A DNA stretch of 46,751 bases from Trichomonas gallinae (lineage: Eukaryota): positions 1 to 46,751 of the forward strand of contig MRSU01009278.1 in assembly GCA_008369845.1 (NCBI GenBank). Reading direction: 5' to 3'. Each line of letters opens with the position of its first letter. Position 1 is the first letter of the stretch. The notes below the pieces were generated by a model. That model did not search any database. It was not told the DNA's origin and was given only the letters and a program-made list of their open reading frames with translations. The position numbers were made by a program, and so were the translations under genes. This document shows, one piece after another, positions 10,933 through 21,595 of this stretch.

Positions 10933-11544
10933 TTAGTGGATTGCTTCGTAATCATCATCATTCTTTTGTTGCGCACGAGCTTCGTCGCATCTCCTTGTAA
11001 TTTCAGGATCTTCATATAGGTCATCTAATGTGATATTACGAGAGCAACCAGCTTTTGGACAAGGAACAGTTCCACGATTGCTGCGAAGATAAGCAATAAT
11101 TGGATCTTTTTCGTATACGTGATGACACCTGCGAGACACCATTGGTTTGATAGGAATTTTGTCTGTTAACGGGCAAACCAAACCAGCTGCTGATGAAGTA
11201 TCTTCAATGATAATATCGTCATCTCCGCCCCTCATCCTTTCTTTCTGTTGCTCAATCTGCTGTTCTTTTTGTCTTTGGTAAATTCTTGCATTTTGTGCCT
11301 TCAAATTTTGAGCTGCCTGAACAACACCTTCATAGGAATCCTCCTCATTATATCCAGAACGAGCAGCAAGATAGCATTCGAAATCTTGCTGAAGATCAAT
11401 AATATCGCCGTATAAATTCTGCATTTTCTGCGCAATATCGTTTGATTTGAATTTGATAGCCTCCTCCCATACATTTCCTGTTGATTGGAGGATTTCGTTC
11501 AATTGGTCTTTGTAGAAATTGTCGAAAGCAGAATTACGAGCCAT
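10933..11544 (-). CDS. NSE2: Nse2/Mms21 SP-RING E3 SUMO ligase (Smc5/6 complex)
   Basis: LVCPLT...P...CHHVYEK...PCPKAGC...L..D is the zf-Nse/SP-RING signature, preceded by DDDIIIE and a helical N-terminus. Confidence 0.85.
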   Translation of the reverse strand: MARNSAFDNFYKDQLNEILQSTGNVWEEAIKFKSNDIAQKMQNLYGDIIDLQQDFECYLAARSGYNEEDSYEGVVQAAQNLKAQNARIYQRQKEQQIEQQKERMRGGDDDIIIEDTSSAAGLVCPLTDKIPIKPMVSRRCHHVYEKDPIIAYLRSNRGTVPCPKAGCSRNITLDDLYEDPEITRRCDEARAQQKNDDDYEAIH

Positions 11545-11897
11545 TTTTTAATTCACCCCTGCTTTCTATTAGCAGACCCTATATTATAATCCCCTTTAAT
11601 TTTTGCACACCCCTTTTTATTTTTCATGAAAAAACAGTTTTGTAAACTTTACATTTTTTCTGCAAAAGAAAGAACGAAAAACTTCTTTGCCATAATTATG
11701 ATAGAAAGAGATGCATTAAAACCTTTATACTTGGAACACCATATCTACATGGCATAATAAGCATAGATGTGTTAATGGGGGCTTACAAATACTCTGTTTT
11801 GATGACTAAACACATCTAAATATCAATTTTTTTTGACAATATGCGTTTTGTTAAAAATTTTAGCGGCAAAAAACATTCATTATAAACAAATAAATAT

Positions 11898-14381
11898 TTA
11901 TTGATTATTACAAACATTTTTCATTAAGTAGACGCAGAAGTGTGCAGCTATTTCGACAGAGCGCATCTTGAGAGGCGTGTCAGATCTCAGAAGTTTTATT
12001 TTTTCATTTTTAAGAAGGATTGATTTCTGAGCTCTGAGAAGCTGTATCTTCTGCTTCGTGAGTCTTGGGACAGAAGGCTCAAGGGCATGCTGCTCTATCG
12101 CTAGTCTCATCTCGCTGTCGTTTGGCACAATTTGTTCGAAAATCGACAAAAGTCTTGAAGCCCAAATTCTCCACTGCAAAGCACATTTTGCTTCTTTTGC
12201 CAGGTTTAGTGCATCTTTCTTTAGCTTGTCGAAGTCTCTTTGCAGTGCGATGAGCTTATTTTCTTGTTCTTTAAGATATTGATTTTCCGAATCTAATGAT
12301 GAGTTCAATGATTCGAGGTTTTCTATTTTTTCCATTCTATCATGCAAATCCTTTTCATACTGTTCAAGTCTAGTAAATATCATGTCAATTGCACCATTTT
12401 CAGTGTTCGTTGCAATTGAAAACGGTTTGCATTTGTTCTGCAAATAATTATTTGCGTTTTCTTTTTCTTTTCTCATTTTCACTAAGTTCGACTGAGCTTC
12501 TGCTAAATTTAGATTTAACTGACTGATTTCATTCCTCATTTCACCAATTTCTCTTGAAAACTCTTCGTTTTCATTTTTGGTTTGTTCGAAATCTTTTGTT
12601 AAACTTTCATGATCATTTTTAAGATCTTCAAAATTCGCTTGAATTTCAGCGAGCTCATCTCTTTTCTTCTGAATTATTTCAGCTTGTGTTTGCTTATCTT
12701 TCTCGAGTAGCTTAATTGATGTCTTCTGTATTTCAATGTTTTCGTTCGCTTCAGCAAGTTTCGATTCATAGTTTTTGAGTTTTTCATGAAGTTCATTTAT
12801 TTGGTTTTGTGATGAAATTTCTAATTCAATTTTTGAAGAGGTTATTGATTTAATCTGCCTGTTCATGTCTGTTATAGTTAATGCTGACTTAGCATTTTCT
12901 TCTTTCAATGATTGTATGCTTTCTTTCATTGACAAATTATCTGAAAAAACCGAAAAAATACTTTTCATGTTTTCGGTCATTGTTCTTGTCACATCGAATG
13001 TTGGCAATTTAGAGAGTTTCTTTATTGTTGTTTTATTGAATGTAGACAGTCTGTCAATCTCTAGTTTAGCATTTTCCAGTTGGTCATTGAGCTCATCTAT
13101 TTCTTTTCGCAATAAAATATTTCTCTCTTTTTCTTCATTTGTAAATGACAGCAAAACATTGCTCATAACAACATTCGCTGCAAATAAACAAAACAATTCC
13201 CTTGTGTTTTCCGTAATTTCATCTTCTCTCACCATGTAATTATGCAACTGCTCAGATAATGTTCTTTGACTAAATAGCTTAAAGATTTGAGTTGTGTAGT
13301 CTTGTGTTTCATCAGTTAAAATTTCGTTCTCGTCGACTTTTATGTTATTTTCTTCAATGAATTTTGCAACATTCGTTGATCTTCGTAGAAGCTCTTTTCT
13401 GCAGCTGTTGTCAACCATGACTGGTCCTGTATAAGGCTTCTCGAAGAAAAGAGCTTTTTGGAGGTTCTCTGACCCTGAAGTTGTCGCCAAAAACTTTATT
13501 TCTTCTTCTAAAAATGTTAATATTCTTGTAGATTTTGATTTTTGCTTTTTAATTTCTTCTTTCAGTTTTTCGTTCTCTTCTTTATGTTGTTGCTCTTTTT
13601 GAATGTTATTCGTCAGTAAATTAATTAATAAAACAATTCGATCAATTATTGATTTTCCTGCTTGATCCATTGCTGATGCAATATCATTTGCAAGACTTGG
13701 AATCGATTTTACTATAGTATTACCGATCTTAGCAAGAATGAAATGGCCATCTTCGCCGACATTTTCGTTGATTTGTGGTTTTATCTCTTCTTTGTGAGTC
13801 AACTGTATTATCGGCGCCTTTATATCTTGTAGTTTCTCAATCAACGCATTTTGTTGTTGCAAAAGTTTGATTAAAGAATTTCTTTGATTCGTTATATTTG
13901 AAATTTCATTTGTTTGTAAATTAAATTGGTCAGCGAGTTCATTTATGTGGTTTAATAGGATTTGTTCCTTTTTTGTGTTGTTATTCGTTGAAATTAGCTC
14001 TTTTTTGATTTTTATATTTTCATTCTGTGAAGATACGAGTTGTTTTTCAAGTAGTTCTTTTTGTGAAATTAGATCCAAGTTCATTTGTCTAAGATTATTG
14101 ATTTCAATCGTTAATTTTTGAATTTGCTCATTTTCCTCATCGGAAACTGTGGATTCTGACATTGTAGTTGTTTCAGGTATGTAGTCGTCTATAAATTTCA
14201 AGGCCTGCTTTAGGTTTTGAATATGATAACCTGCTTTTTTTGTCATCAATTTGCAGAATAACTCAATTTCAGACGCAGCAGACATCGTTGAGTTCTTAAC
14301 TGTTGTCTTCTGTGTAGTTTTTGAGAATTTCTTTTCGTATTTTTCCAATGTCTTTTTTGGGGATGAAAGAAGTTCATTCAT
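11898..14381 (-). CDS. Long coiled-coil protein (viral A-type inclusion/SMC-like composition)
   Basis: E/K/N/Q-rich heptads. The ORF-track start is TTG; the first ATG is at 14381, preceded by Inr TCATTTT. The stop lies in TAAA. Confidence 0.8.
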   Translation of the reverse strand: MNELLSSPKKTLEKYEKKFSKTTQKTTVKNSTMSAASEIELFCKLMTKKAGYHIQNLKQALKFIDDYIPETTTMSESTVSDEENEQIQKLTIEINNLRQMNLDLISQKELLEKQLVSSQNENIKIKKELISTNNNTKKEQILLNHINELADQFNLQTNEISNITNQRNSLIKLLQQQNALIEKLQDIKAPIIQLTHKEEIKPQINENVGEDGHFILAKIGNTIVKSIPSLANDIASAMDQAGKSIIDRIVLLINLLTNNIQKEQQHKEENEKLKEEIKKQKSKSTRILTFLEEEIKFLATTSGSENLQKALFFEKPYTGPVMVDNSCRKELLRRSTNVAKFIEENNIKVDENEILTDETQDYTTQIFKLFSQRTLSEQLHNYMVREDEITENTRELFCLFAANVVMSNVLLSFTNEEKERNILLRKEIDELNDQLENAKLEIDRLSTFNKTTIKKLSKLPTFDVTRTMTENMKSIFSVFSDNLSMKESIQSLKEENAKSALTITDMNRQIKSITSSKIELEISSQNQINELHEKLKNYESKLAEANENIEIQKTSIKLLEKDKQTQAEIIQKKRDELAEIQANFEDLKNDHESLTKDFEQTKNENEEFSREIGEMRNEISQLNLNLAEAQSNLVKMRKEKENANNYLQNKCKPFSIATNTENGAIDMIFTRLEQYEKDLHDRMEKIENLESLNSSLDSENQYLKEQENKLIALQRDFDKLKKDALNLAKEAKCALQWRIWASRLLSIFEQIVPNDSEMRLAIEQHALEPSVPRLTKQKIQLLRAQKSILLKNEKIKLLRSDTPLKMRSVEIAAHFCVYLMKNVCNNQ

Positions 14382-14388
14382 TCCCAAA

Positions 14389-14395
14389 AAAATGA
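14389..14395 (-). promoter_or_regulatory. Initiator (Inr) TCATTTT
   Basis: Trichomonad Inr consensus 8 bp upstream of the ATG at 14381. Confidence 0.6.
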
Positions 14396-14611
14396 CCAAA
14401 AATCATACCATTATATTGTCAAACACATTAAAGATGATATATTATGTAATTTTCGCTTTGATTTTAATTTTTAAATTTAATAATAAAGAAATAAGAAATT
14501 TGGAGGGTCAAAAAACAATATATTTATTGGACAGGTGAGCAATAAATTAGCAAAGAAAGTTGCATTTTTGAATTATATAATATTGAAATAATTTAACACA
14601 CAATTTACTGG

Positions 14612-16012
14612 TTATATCATAGATCCAACTCTATTTCTTCTTGCACCACTCAAAGGACGTGTGAGTGATGGAAGCGGCGACTCTTCAGTCGGCTGCTGCT
14701 GTTCTGGCAGAGAACCCGGAACTTGGATAGGATTTTCAACTTCTGTTGACTGCGCGTATTGCTGGCGTAACGCTTGGAAGTTCGGATCTCTTAACATAAC
14801 ATCAGCATTAGAAACAGTTCTTCTACGATGCGTCCTAGCGACAGAGAGCGGGTTCTTATGATTAGCTACGTTCGCTGGTGACATTGGCGAGTATATTGTT
14901 GGGCGCCTACGAATAACTGAAGATGGATGAGGGATTTGTAATGTCAATGGAACATGCTTGAACGACTCTGGATTTGCTCTTTCGTAGTATCCATTCATTG
15001 CGTCAGTAACAATTTCGCGTCTGATAATGCGATATGCGCTGATTGAACGATTGAAAATGTTCGAAGAAATGAGATTATCAAGGCCTTCTATCGGCAAACC
15101 CATCGATTGCATCTTACTGAGGACGAACGGGTTGGGGATTATAGGATTATTCGGTGGAATTCTCCAGCCGTTCTGTATTCCAAAATTGCAGCGCATATGC
15201 TCCGCATCGGGGTATTTCTTGAACCATGGGTGCTCATATATCTCTGGAATTGTGATTCTCTTCGCTGGATCTTTCTCAAGAAGGCGCGATAATAAATCTT
15301 GAACTTCCGGAGAAGCATTTGGAGAGAACTGTGGCTGCGAGTAGACGATCTTCTGTGCGAGGCGTTGTATATTACTGTCCTGGAATGGAAGTCTTCCGAT
15401 GACCATCGCGAAAAGGACGACACCGGCACTCCACAAGTCAGCCGAATCATTATATGGCTTTCCGCATAGCATTTCAGGTGGGGCATAGGCTGGTGAGCCG
15501 CATGCTGTTTTGAGCAATTGCTCTTCGGATGAAAATGTGTTGCCCAGTCCAAAATCAATCAGTCTTATATTGTTGTTGCGGTCGAACATGATATTTTCTG
15601 CTTTCAAATCTCTATGGGCGATGTGTAATTCGCTATGTAAATAGTCGAGCGTACAAATCAGCTGGCAAAAGACATGCCTTGCCTTCCATTCTGGTAGGCC
15701 GAATGTTTTGTTGATTTCAGTTAGCACAGTGCCGTTTTCGACGTTCTCCATCGCCATATACCAATTATTTTCGTCCTCGAGGGTTTCATAAAAAGTCAAA
15801 CAGAATGGATGGTCGAGCATTTTCATGAGTTTTACTTCTCTTTCGTATATTTCTCTCGGAAGTTTCTCTTTAGTAACAACTTTGACCGCAACCATTGTTT
15901 GAGTTGGCATGTGAATTGCTAAGTAGACATTGGAGAATCCACCGTGACCAACCTTTTCCTGCAATAAGTAATCGCCAATCTGTTGGTTAGGTGGTAATAT
16001 CTGCTCATCCAT
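14612..16012 (-). CDS. CAMK-group (CAMKL/AMPK-MARK-like) Ser/Thr protein kinase
   Basis: GHGGFSNV, VAVK, HRDLKAEN, DFG, TACGSPAYAPPE and DLWSAGV motifs are all intact; UBA-like segment after the kinase domain. Confidence 0.95.
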   Translation of the reverse strand: MDEQILPPNQQIGDYLLQEKVGHGGFSNVYLAIHMPTQTMVAVKVVTKEKLPREIYEREVKLMKMLDHPFCLTFYETLEDENNWYMAMENVENGTVLTEINKTFGLPEWKARHVFCQLICTLDYLHSELHIAHRDLKAENIMFDRNNNIRLIDFGLGNTFSSEEQLLKTACGSPAYAPPEMLCGKPYNDSADLWSAGVVLFAMVIGRLPFQDSNIQRLAQKIVYSQPQFSPNASPEVQDLLSRLLEKDPAKRITIPEIYEHPWFKKYPDAEHMRCNFGIQNGWRIPPNNPIIPNPFVLSKMQSMGLPIEGLDNLISSNIFNRSISAYRIIRREIVTDAMNGYYERANPESFKHVPLTLQIPHPSSVIRRRPTIYSPMSPANVANHKNPLSVARTHRRRTVSNADVMLRDPNFQALRQQYAQSTEVENPIQVPGSLPEQQQPTEESPLPSLTRPLSGARRNRVGSMI

Positions 16013-17589
16013 TGAAATGTGAAAAAACGATAAATCCCATTTTTTTTCTTAATGCTTAAAATCATTATTATGTTTTACGTTCGTGTCATTGATTTAGTTT
16101 TGGACTGTATTTTTTTTTACACATTTACAAAAACTTCGGTTTGTTTCTATATTATGAGAACAGTCTAAGAATATGATTTAATGGTGTTCGACGGATTTGT
16201 AAATTATTTAAATATTTTAATAACTCATTGAAATTAGTTAATTGTTTATTTTTGTATGATGATATATTTCGAATATTATTGAATGAAAAATTGATTTTGA
16301 ATTGTCAATTTCATTTTGGCGTATTCACATTAATATATAAATATGTATACGATTTATACGATCTCAAGATTTTGAATGTTTCACAAATAATTAAATGAAA
16401 TTTAGGAAATTGTACAGATTAACTAGAGAAGGATGGAAAACAAAAAACCGGAAATTTTGATTGAGAAAATTGTAAAAAATCAATTTGTTTACACCCGCAT
16501 AAGCTTTTGCTGAAGAATGTTCCATACTATGTCACAGAGCTAATAATTGATCATTAACTGATTGAATTTGCGCAACAAATTGTCGAACATGAAAACAAAC
16601 TCTTTTTTCACCAAAAATATATACGAGAATATGAGCACTTTATTTGACCAAATGAACAAGATGGCCTCATTTTTTTTTTCATAATTGCAGATTCTTTTCA
16701 GAATGCATATTCCATCAATTCTTAATGAAGCTACAACATATTAACAGGCATGGTATTCATATGCTTTAATATAAAGTCCAAAATCATTTAAACAAATTGA
16801 ATTCTATAAATATCATATATTAGGATAATTAGCTATGTTTAAGACCATACACATGCATCTGATTCAAATGTCAAACTGAGAATTATGCATCATGGGTGTA
16901 CTTCTCTCCAATTTTAAAATTTTGCTGAAAATTGAATTTTATATTTGTGCACATATGTATGCTAAGTCCAGAAATGAATGCCTGAGAGAAATTGCATTTT
17001 GAAGATTGATCTTTCATTCTTTGTGATCTGTAACTGGCATTTAAATGTCTGGGAAATCCGAAATTGTTATATGTACTGTTTTGCACCGCTTTGTATAACT
17101 TAATTCCGATTTATCTAACTTTAGATTTGCCGATGAAAAATTTTGTAGGCATATTTATTGAATATCATTGTATTCTCCTTTCTATTATCATATAAGTTAG
17201 GATTCATAAAAAGTTATCACCAAACACACTTATCTTCTGCTTTTCTCATTCAGAATTCATCGAGAAATTATTATATGACATTAGGAATAGGTTATATACA
17301 TATATGAACAGAAAAATATTGATACAGCTTTGCCAGAATGCTTCAAGCCAATATCTCATTTTATTAAAATATGACTCATTTTAAAGAGATTCTACTATAT
17401 CAGAACAACATATATAACTGAAATATTTCATGAATTATATGGTAAATTGGTCTGAAAATCATATTTTGTTCAGGAGCAAATTATATTTTGAGAAAATATT
17501 ATGATTTGAAGAGATTTGAAAGTGCAAATCAGTATGATTTTAGTTGATCTATTGTTTTATATAATAATTGATACCTATAGTGCGAAATA

Positions 17590-17606
17590 TGTCATGTAAA
17601 GTGACA
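17590..17606 (+). promoter_or_regulatory. TGTCATGTAAA motif fused to AAAGTGAC
   Basis: TGTCATGTAAAGTGACA immediately upstream of the ATG at 17620. Confidence 0.5.
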
Positions 17607-17619
17607 AAATTTTCAAAAA

Positions 17620-18843
17620 ATGACTGACGCACGCCATGGTTTTGTAGCCGTGACAAGTCAGGATATGCAAATTAGGGAATTTGATGAATGGCTTCAGGAA
17701 AAGCTCGGTCTTGAAAAGAGCGACCTTAATTACCAAATCAACAGTATTTCAAACGATTTTTTTATCATAGAAGTTAAAGATTTGTTTTCTGCAAACCAAC
17801 TAGTACGAATTGTTAATGGATCATCTGTTTCAGATACGACATCACCATTTTTAGCCTCAGTTATAAACAATGATAAATTTAATGATATTTTTATTACAGT
17901 ATCTCAGTCGATCAAGACAAAAACAAAAGAAACACTATTGGATTTATCGGAATATCAGAATGTAATTAATGCTCCGCTTGATAATCCAGGAATTGGATCA
18001 TCTATTCTACTTGTTGCAGCAGTTACATGCGGTGTTCGCGCAGAAATCGAACAGATTAGCTTTGTAAAGAGTGGAATTACGAAGGGAATGTTTTTAACTT
18101 CAGGAATTAAAACTTATTTTCCGAAACTTAAGAAAATTGCGTTAAATGGAAATATAGTTGTCAACAATAAGCAATTTATGGACAATATTGCCAAATCTAA
18201 GATCAAAATCATTACGAAGGATGAAGATTTAGATCCATTCTTTAAAGTACCTGAAGTTTTAGATAAAAACTCATATGTGATTGTGTTTCAAAAGAGACCA
18301 ATCAATCCAGTTAATCCAAATCTTGTTAAACTCGGAAATCCACAGAAAAACGGAAGATTGCATGCTCCAGATATATATCAATACGAACCATGCGGTTTTG
18401 ATACAACAATACCATTAAATAAGTTCATTGTTGATTTCCTCAAAGCATCATGGTCTGATATTACATCCATAAAATCTTATTATCATCCACTGAACGCAGT
18501 ATTCTCGATACTCGTCAGAGGATGCGCTCCAGACTCTCATCTACAGAAATACACAAAGTATTCGCGCGATGTCACTAGAACAACTGGCAATTTTATTTTA
18601 GGTGCCTCAGATATTGTGCAGGCACAAACAGAGGTGTTTGTTAAAGGTTTCTATGCATATCCAACACACATGGAAGCCTCAGATTTGAATGATAATTTAT
18701 CCGCAATTGTAATTCATGGAGCTTTCCAAGATATCGACGGATATACCATTGAGTTTGATCGATCTTTGGCTATCTCTTCAAGCACAGACAGGCTTATGAT
18801 ACTTAATGATCAAATTTATTTTCATGAACCGGCAGTTTCTTAG
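17620..18843 (+). CDS. NXF1/TAP/Mex67-like mRNA export factor (RRM-like, LRR, NTF2-like)
   Basis: LRR segment FPKLKKIALNGN; NTF2-like domain with YYHPLNAVFS, KYTKYSRDV, IHGAFQD, FDRSLAI and ILNDQIYF. Confidence 0.7.
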   Translation: MTDARHGFVAVTSQDMQIREFDEWLQEKLGLEKSDLNYQINSISNDFFIIEVKDLFSANQLVRIVNGSSVSDTTSPFLASVINNDKFNDIFITVSQSIKTKTKETLLDLSEYQNVINAPLDNPGIGSSILLVAAVTCGVRAEIEQISFVKSGITKGMFLTSGIKTYFPKLKKIALNGNIVVNNKQFMDNIAKSKIKIITKDEDLDPFFKVPEVLDKNSYVIVFQKRPINPVNPNLVKLGNPQKNGRLHAPDIYQYEPCGFDTTIPLNKFIVDFLKASWSDITSIKSYYHPLNAVFSILVRGCAPDSHLQKYTKYSRDVTRTTGNFILGASDIVQAQTEVFVKGFYAYPTHMEASDLNDNLSAIVIHGAFQDIDGYTIEFDRSLAISSSTDRLMILNDQIYFHEPAVS

Positions 18844-19126
18844 ATTTAAGAGTAATAACGTATTATCCTACAGTTTATTTACTCGGAATGCCGGGGATTT
18901 CCATCTAATATTTACATTTAGATTATTGCCATTTTTAGATTATTGCAAGGAATATTATGTTTATATAGAAATAAATGTGTTTTGTTTGAAAATATAAAAT
19001 AAAATATTTATTCATGGTGATTATACTGCTCATAAAAGCGTGTACAATCTAAATTCTGATAATTTGAAAAACAAACAAACAAAGTTTCAACGGATCTTGA
19101 GCGATCCTTTTGCTAATTACATTGCC

Positions 19127-19738
19127 TTAATTATCAAAGAGCATGATAGGTCTCAGATTGAGAGCTTCTGAGACAGTAATTGGTAAATCCAATCTGGCTA
19201 ATGTTGGCGCGAGCGGGGGAAGCTGGCGCAACGGTGGGTTATAATGCATTTGTTCAGGTGGAATTACTAATGGTATCAATGGTAATCTTGGATGTTTAAC
19301 CTCGGCAGGAGTTTGAAGTTTGGAAGCCTGCTGAGTTCGATCCATTGCAGCAGTGTTTTCCAAGAAAGGAGGGAGAGTAATTTTGCCTTCATTATTATCT
19401 CTAGATTTTCTACGATAAAGGAGAGTGTAGCGGTTTTTAATAAGCACATCAGTACGTTTTGGAAAGTGTTTTGCAATCAAACTCCACTTTTTACCCAATG
19501 AATCAACTAATTTTTCAAGTTTTTTGTCTTCTTCTGATGTCCATGGGGAGTTATCTACATTAGGTGACAGATAGTTAACCCATCTTTCTCTGCATTGTCT
19601 GGCAGTACGACCTGGGACTGCTTTTGCAACCAAAGTCCAATTTCCTTCGCCAACAATCTCTATCTGCTCTCTGATGAGTTTGTCCTCGAGTTCAGAGAAT
19701 TTCTGTCTTGGCTTACGAGCGGCAGTTGATTCAGACAT
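19127..19738 (-). CDS. R2R3 Myb-like DNA-binding protein
   Basis: KFSELED...W..VA..VPGRTARQCRERWVNYL.P....PWTSEED...GKKWSLIAKHFPKRTDVLIKNRY. Confidence 0.95.
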   Translation of the reverse strand: MSESTAARKPRQKFSELEDKLIREQIEIVGEGNWTLVAKAVPGRTARQCRERWVNYLSPNVDNSPWTSEEDKKLEKLVDSLGKKWSLIAKHFPKRTDVLIKNRYTLLYRRKSRDNNEGKITLPPFLENTAAMDRTQQASKLQTPAEVKHPRLPLIPLVIPPEQMHYNPPLRQLPPLAPTLARLDLPITVSEALNLRPIMLFDN

Positions 19739-20182
19739 TCAAGCAAAATAAATAAATTAAAAATATTACATAAATTCTCAATTTTGATCAAATTTTTTGT
19801 CAGCCATTTGATAAATTTATCATCAACGAATATTATCATCCCTCATGTCGATCCCTTTCAATTATATTTTGAATCGAATATTCAAAATGAATATCTAACG
19901 GCTATTTATTTCTAAAATAATATTCAGCAAACGCTCAGATGACCGGATATTCAATAAAATTGATCAAAAAAATAATGGGTTTTCAGAATATGTTTTTTGT
20001 GAAAAAATATAAATATTCAAGAATAATGATCACCTGTTAATAGAAAAAACAGTTTAAATAATTTTTGATTTTTTTTTCTTGTTCAAACGTTTGAACAAAA
20101 TATTTTTTTCGAAAAATTGTACAAATCAATACTACTCAGGTTTATTCTATGATATATCGAATCAGAATAATTACATGTAAAA

Positions 20183-21370
20183 TTACTTTTGCCAATCCGA
20201 ATTAACTACATGTCTAAGGACTAAGTCTACATACTCCTCCTTCAAAACCATGAAGATATGATTAGATAGCTCAGATGTGGAATCTAAATTATAACAAAGT
20301 AACTTCTTATTTGATCTCCAATTATAGCAAGCATGGTGATAACCTTCTGAATTGATTAATGAGTCTCCTAATGAGTAAATATATTCCTTCTTTTGATCAT
20401 TCCATCCAACCGCAGTCTTAATGCGGTCATTATAAACAATAACTGTAGGAACATCAAGAGGACCGATTGTTTGTGATGAAAACTGTTTGTGAAGGTCAAA
20501 TACTTCGGGTGTCTGCCTAAATTTCCCATTAATCTTCAAAAGTTCTGGGATTTGGCTGGCTTTGTACACCTTACCGTTCTTGTCAATGAAAATAGGTGTG
20601 TTGCTGAATATCTGATGGTTCGGAAGATGAACGTATAAAGCTCCGAGTGAAGATGCAAGCGTGCCCATGGATTTTTCGGATATTCCGAAGTGCCTCATGA
20701 TGTAGAGAGCCCCATTCCATAAGTTTTCCACGACAGTTCCGCAGCCTCCGAAAGATGGAGCAACTAATATGGCGGAATCTATGTATTTTTCGCGCCATTG
20801 CGGTGTAGTGACATTGCTTAGGAAGTAATGTATGAAATAGCCTCCAAGTGAGTGACCCACTAGCGAAACTTTGGAATTTCCATTTTGTTTATATGCTTTT
20901 TCGATGAGAGCGATCATCCTCTTGTAGTGTGATTCACCAAGAACTAAGCCACGACGCCAATCGAATGGAGCTCCGAATAAATCTTTTCCAACTGTATATC
21001 CTCTTTTCTCAAGGTATTCTATATATTTATTGAAGTATGGAATGAAATGTGTGATGTTGAATAATTCATCTAGATAGCCAATTCCTGAAACACCTCCAAA
21101 ATCAACGATATCCAATTCAACATTCTCTTGATCGATGGTATTATTGGTTTTTGGATCGTACCTCATAGTTAACCAGTCTGCAAGACAGTTGCCAAGAGGT
21201 GGAAGAACGTATGTTTTCTTTATCCATATGTCAGAATCTTGAATATCTGCAGGGCAGTACCAATGTGACTTTCTCCCATTAACATTACCTCTCAAAACAC
21301 TGCCCATTGTTCCTGGAACCAAAATAACTGGTGTTTTACTTTGTATAAAACTTGAAAAAAGCAAAAACAT
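20183..21370 (-). CDS. Lecithin:cholesterol acyltransferase / lysosomal phospholipase A2 family protein
   Basis: Signal peptide, PVILVPG, GAPFDWR, GHSLG nucleophile elbow, candidate catalytic Asp (GDSLIN) and His (NHIFMV). The track start at 21382 is TTG; the first ATG is at 21370. Confidence 0.92.
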   Translation of the reverse strand: MFLLFSSFIQSKTPVILVPGTMGSVLRGNVNGRKSHWYCPADIQDSDIWIKKTYVLPPLGNCLADWLTMRYDPKTNNTIDQENVELDIVDFGGVSGIGYLDELFNITHFIPYFNKYIEYLEKRGYTVGKDLFGAPFDWRRGLVLGESHYKRMIALIEKAYKQNGNSKVSLVGHSLGGYFIHYFLSNVTTPQWREKYIDSAILVAPSFGGCGTVVENLWNGALYIMRHFGISEKSMGTLASSLGALYVHLPNHQIFSNTPIFIDKNGKVYKASQIPELLKINGKFRQTPEVFDLHKQFSSQTIGPLDVPTVIVYNDRIKTAVGWNDQKKEYIYSLGDSLINSEGYHHACYNWRSNKKLLCYNLDSTSELSNHIFMVLKEEYVDLVLRHVVNSDWQK

Positions 21371-21384
21371 CAGTTTGATCAAAA

Positions 21385-21432
21385 AAAGGAAGAGAATTCA
21401 ATGAGATTTATCAAAAATTAATATAAACCGCC
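21385..21432 (-). promoter_or_regulatory. M3 (GGCGGTTT) + M5 (CCTTT) type core promoter of the LCAT gene
   Basis: Minus-strand GGCGGTTT at 21425-21432 and CCTTT at 21385-21389, 15 bp before the ATG, match trichomonad M3/M5 elements as I recall them. Confidence 0.45.
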
Positions 21433-21595
21433 AGACCCTTTCTGAGGAAAATCTTCTATAACCTTATTTTATCAAACATAAATTTGATATCATTTTGGCG
21501 ATTTTTCTTGATATTTGACTTCTATATTTGCTATATATCATAATACTTCAACCACTTTGATTCTTTGTAAAGTCAAGATATATTTTACACCATTC

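Noticed and set aside
14591..14605. TAACACACA resembling the trichomonad intron branch/3' motif (also near 27477)
   Set aside because: It does not match ACTAACACACAG, lacks the AG, and lies antisense just past the 3' ends of genes.
19092..19107. Small hairpin GGATC-N6-GATCC in the Myb 3' UTR
   Set aside because: A 5-bp stem is too short to distinguish from chance.
20079..20098. Perfect 20-bp palindrome TTGTTCAAACGTTTGAACAA
   Set aside because: A single AT-rich palindrome of this size in 47 kb is plausible by chance; there is no second copy or positional clue.
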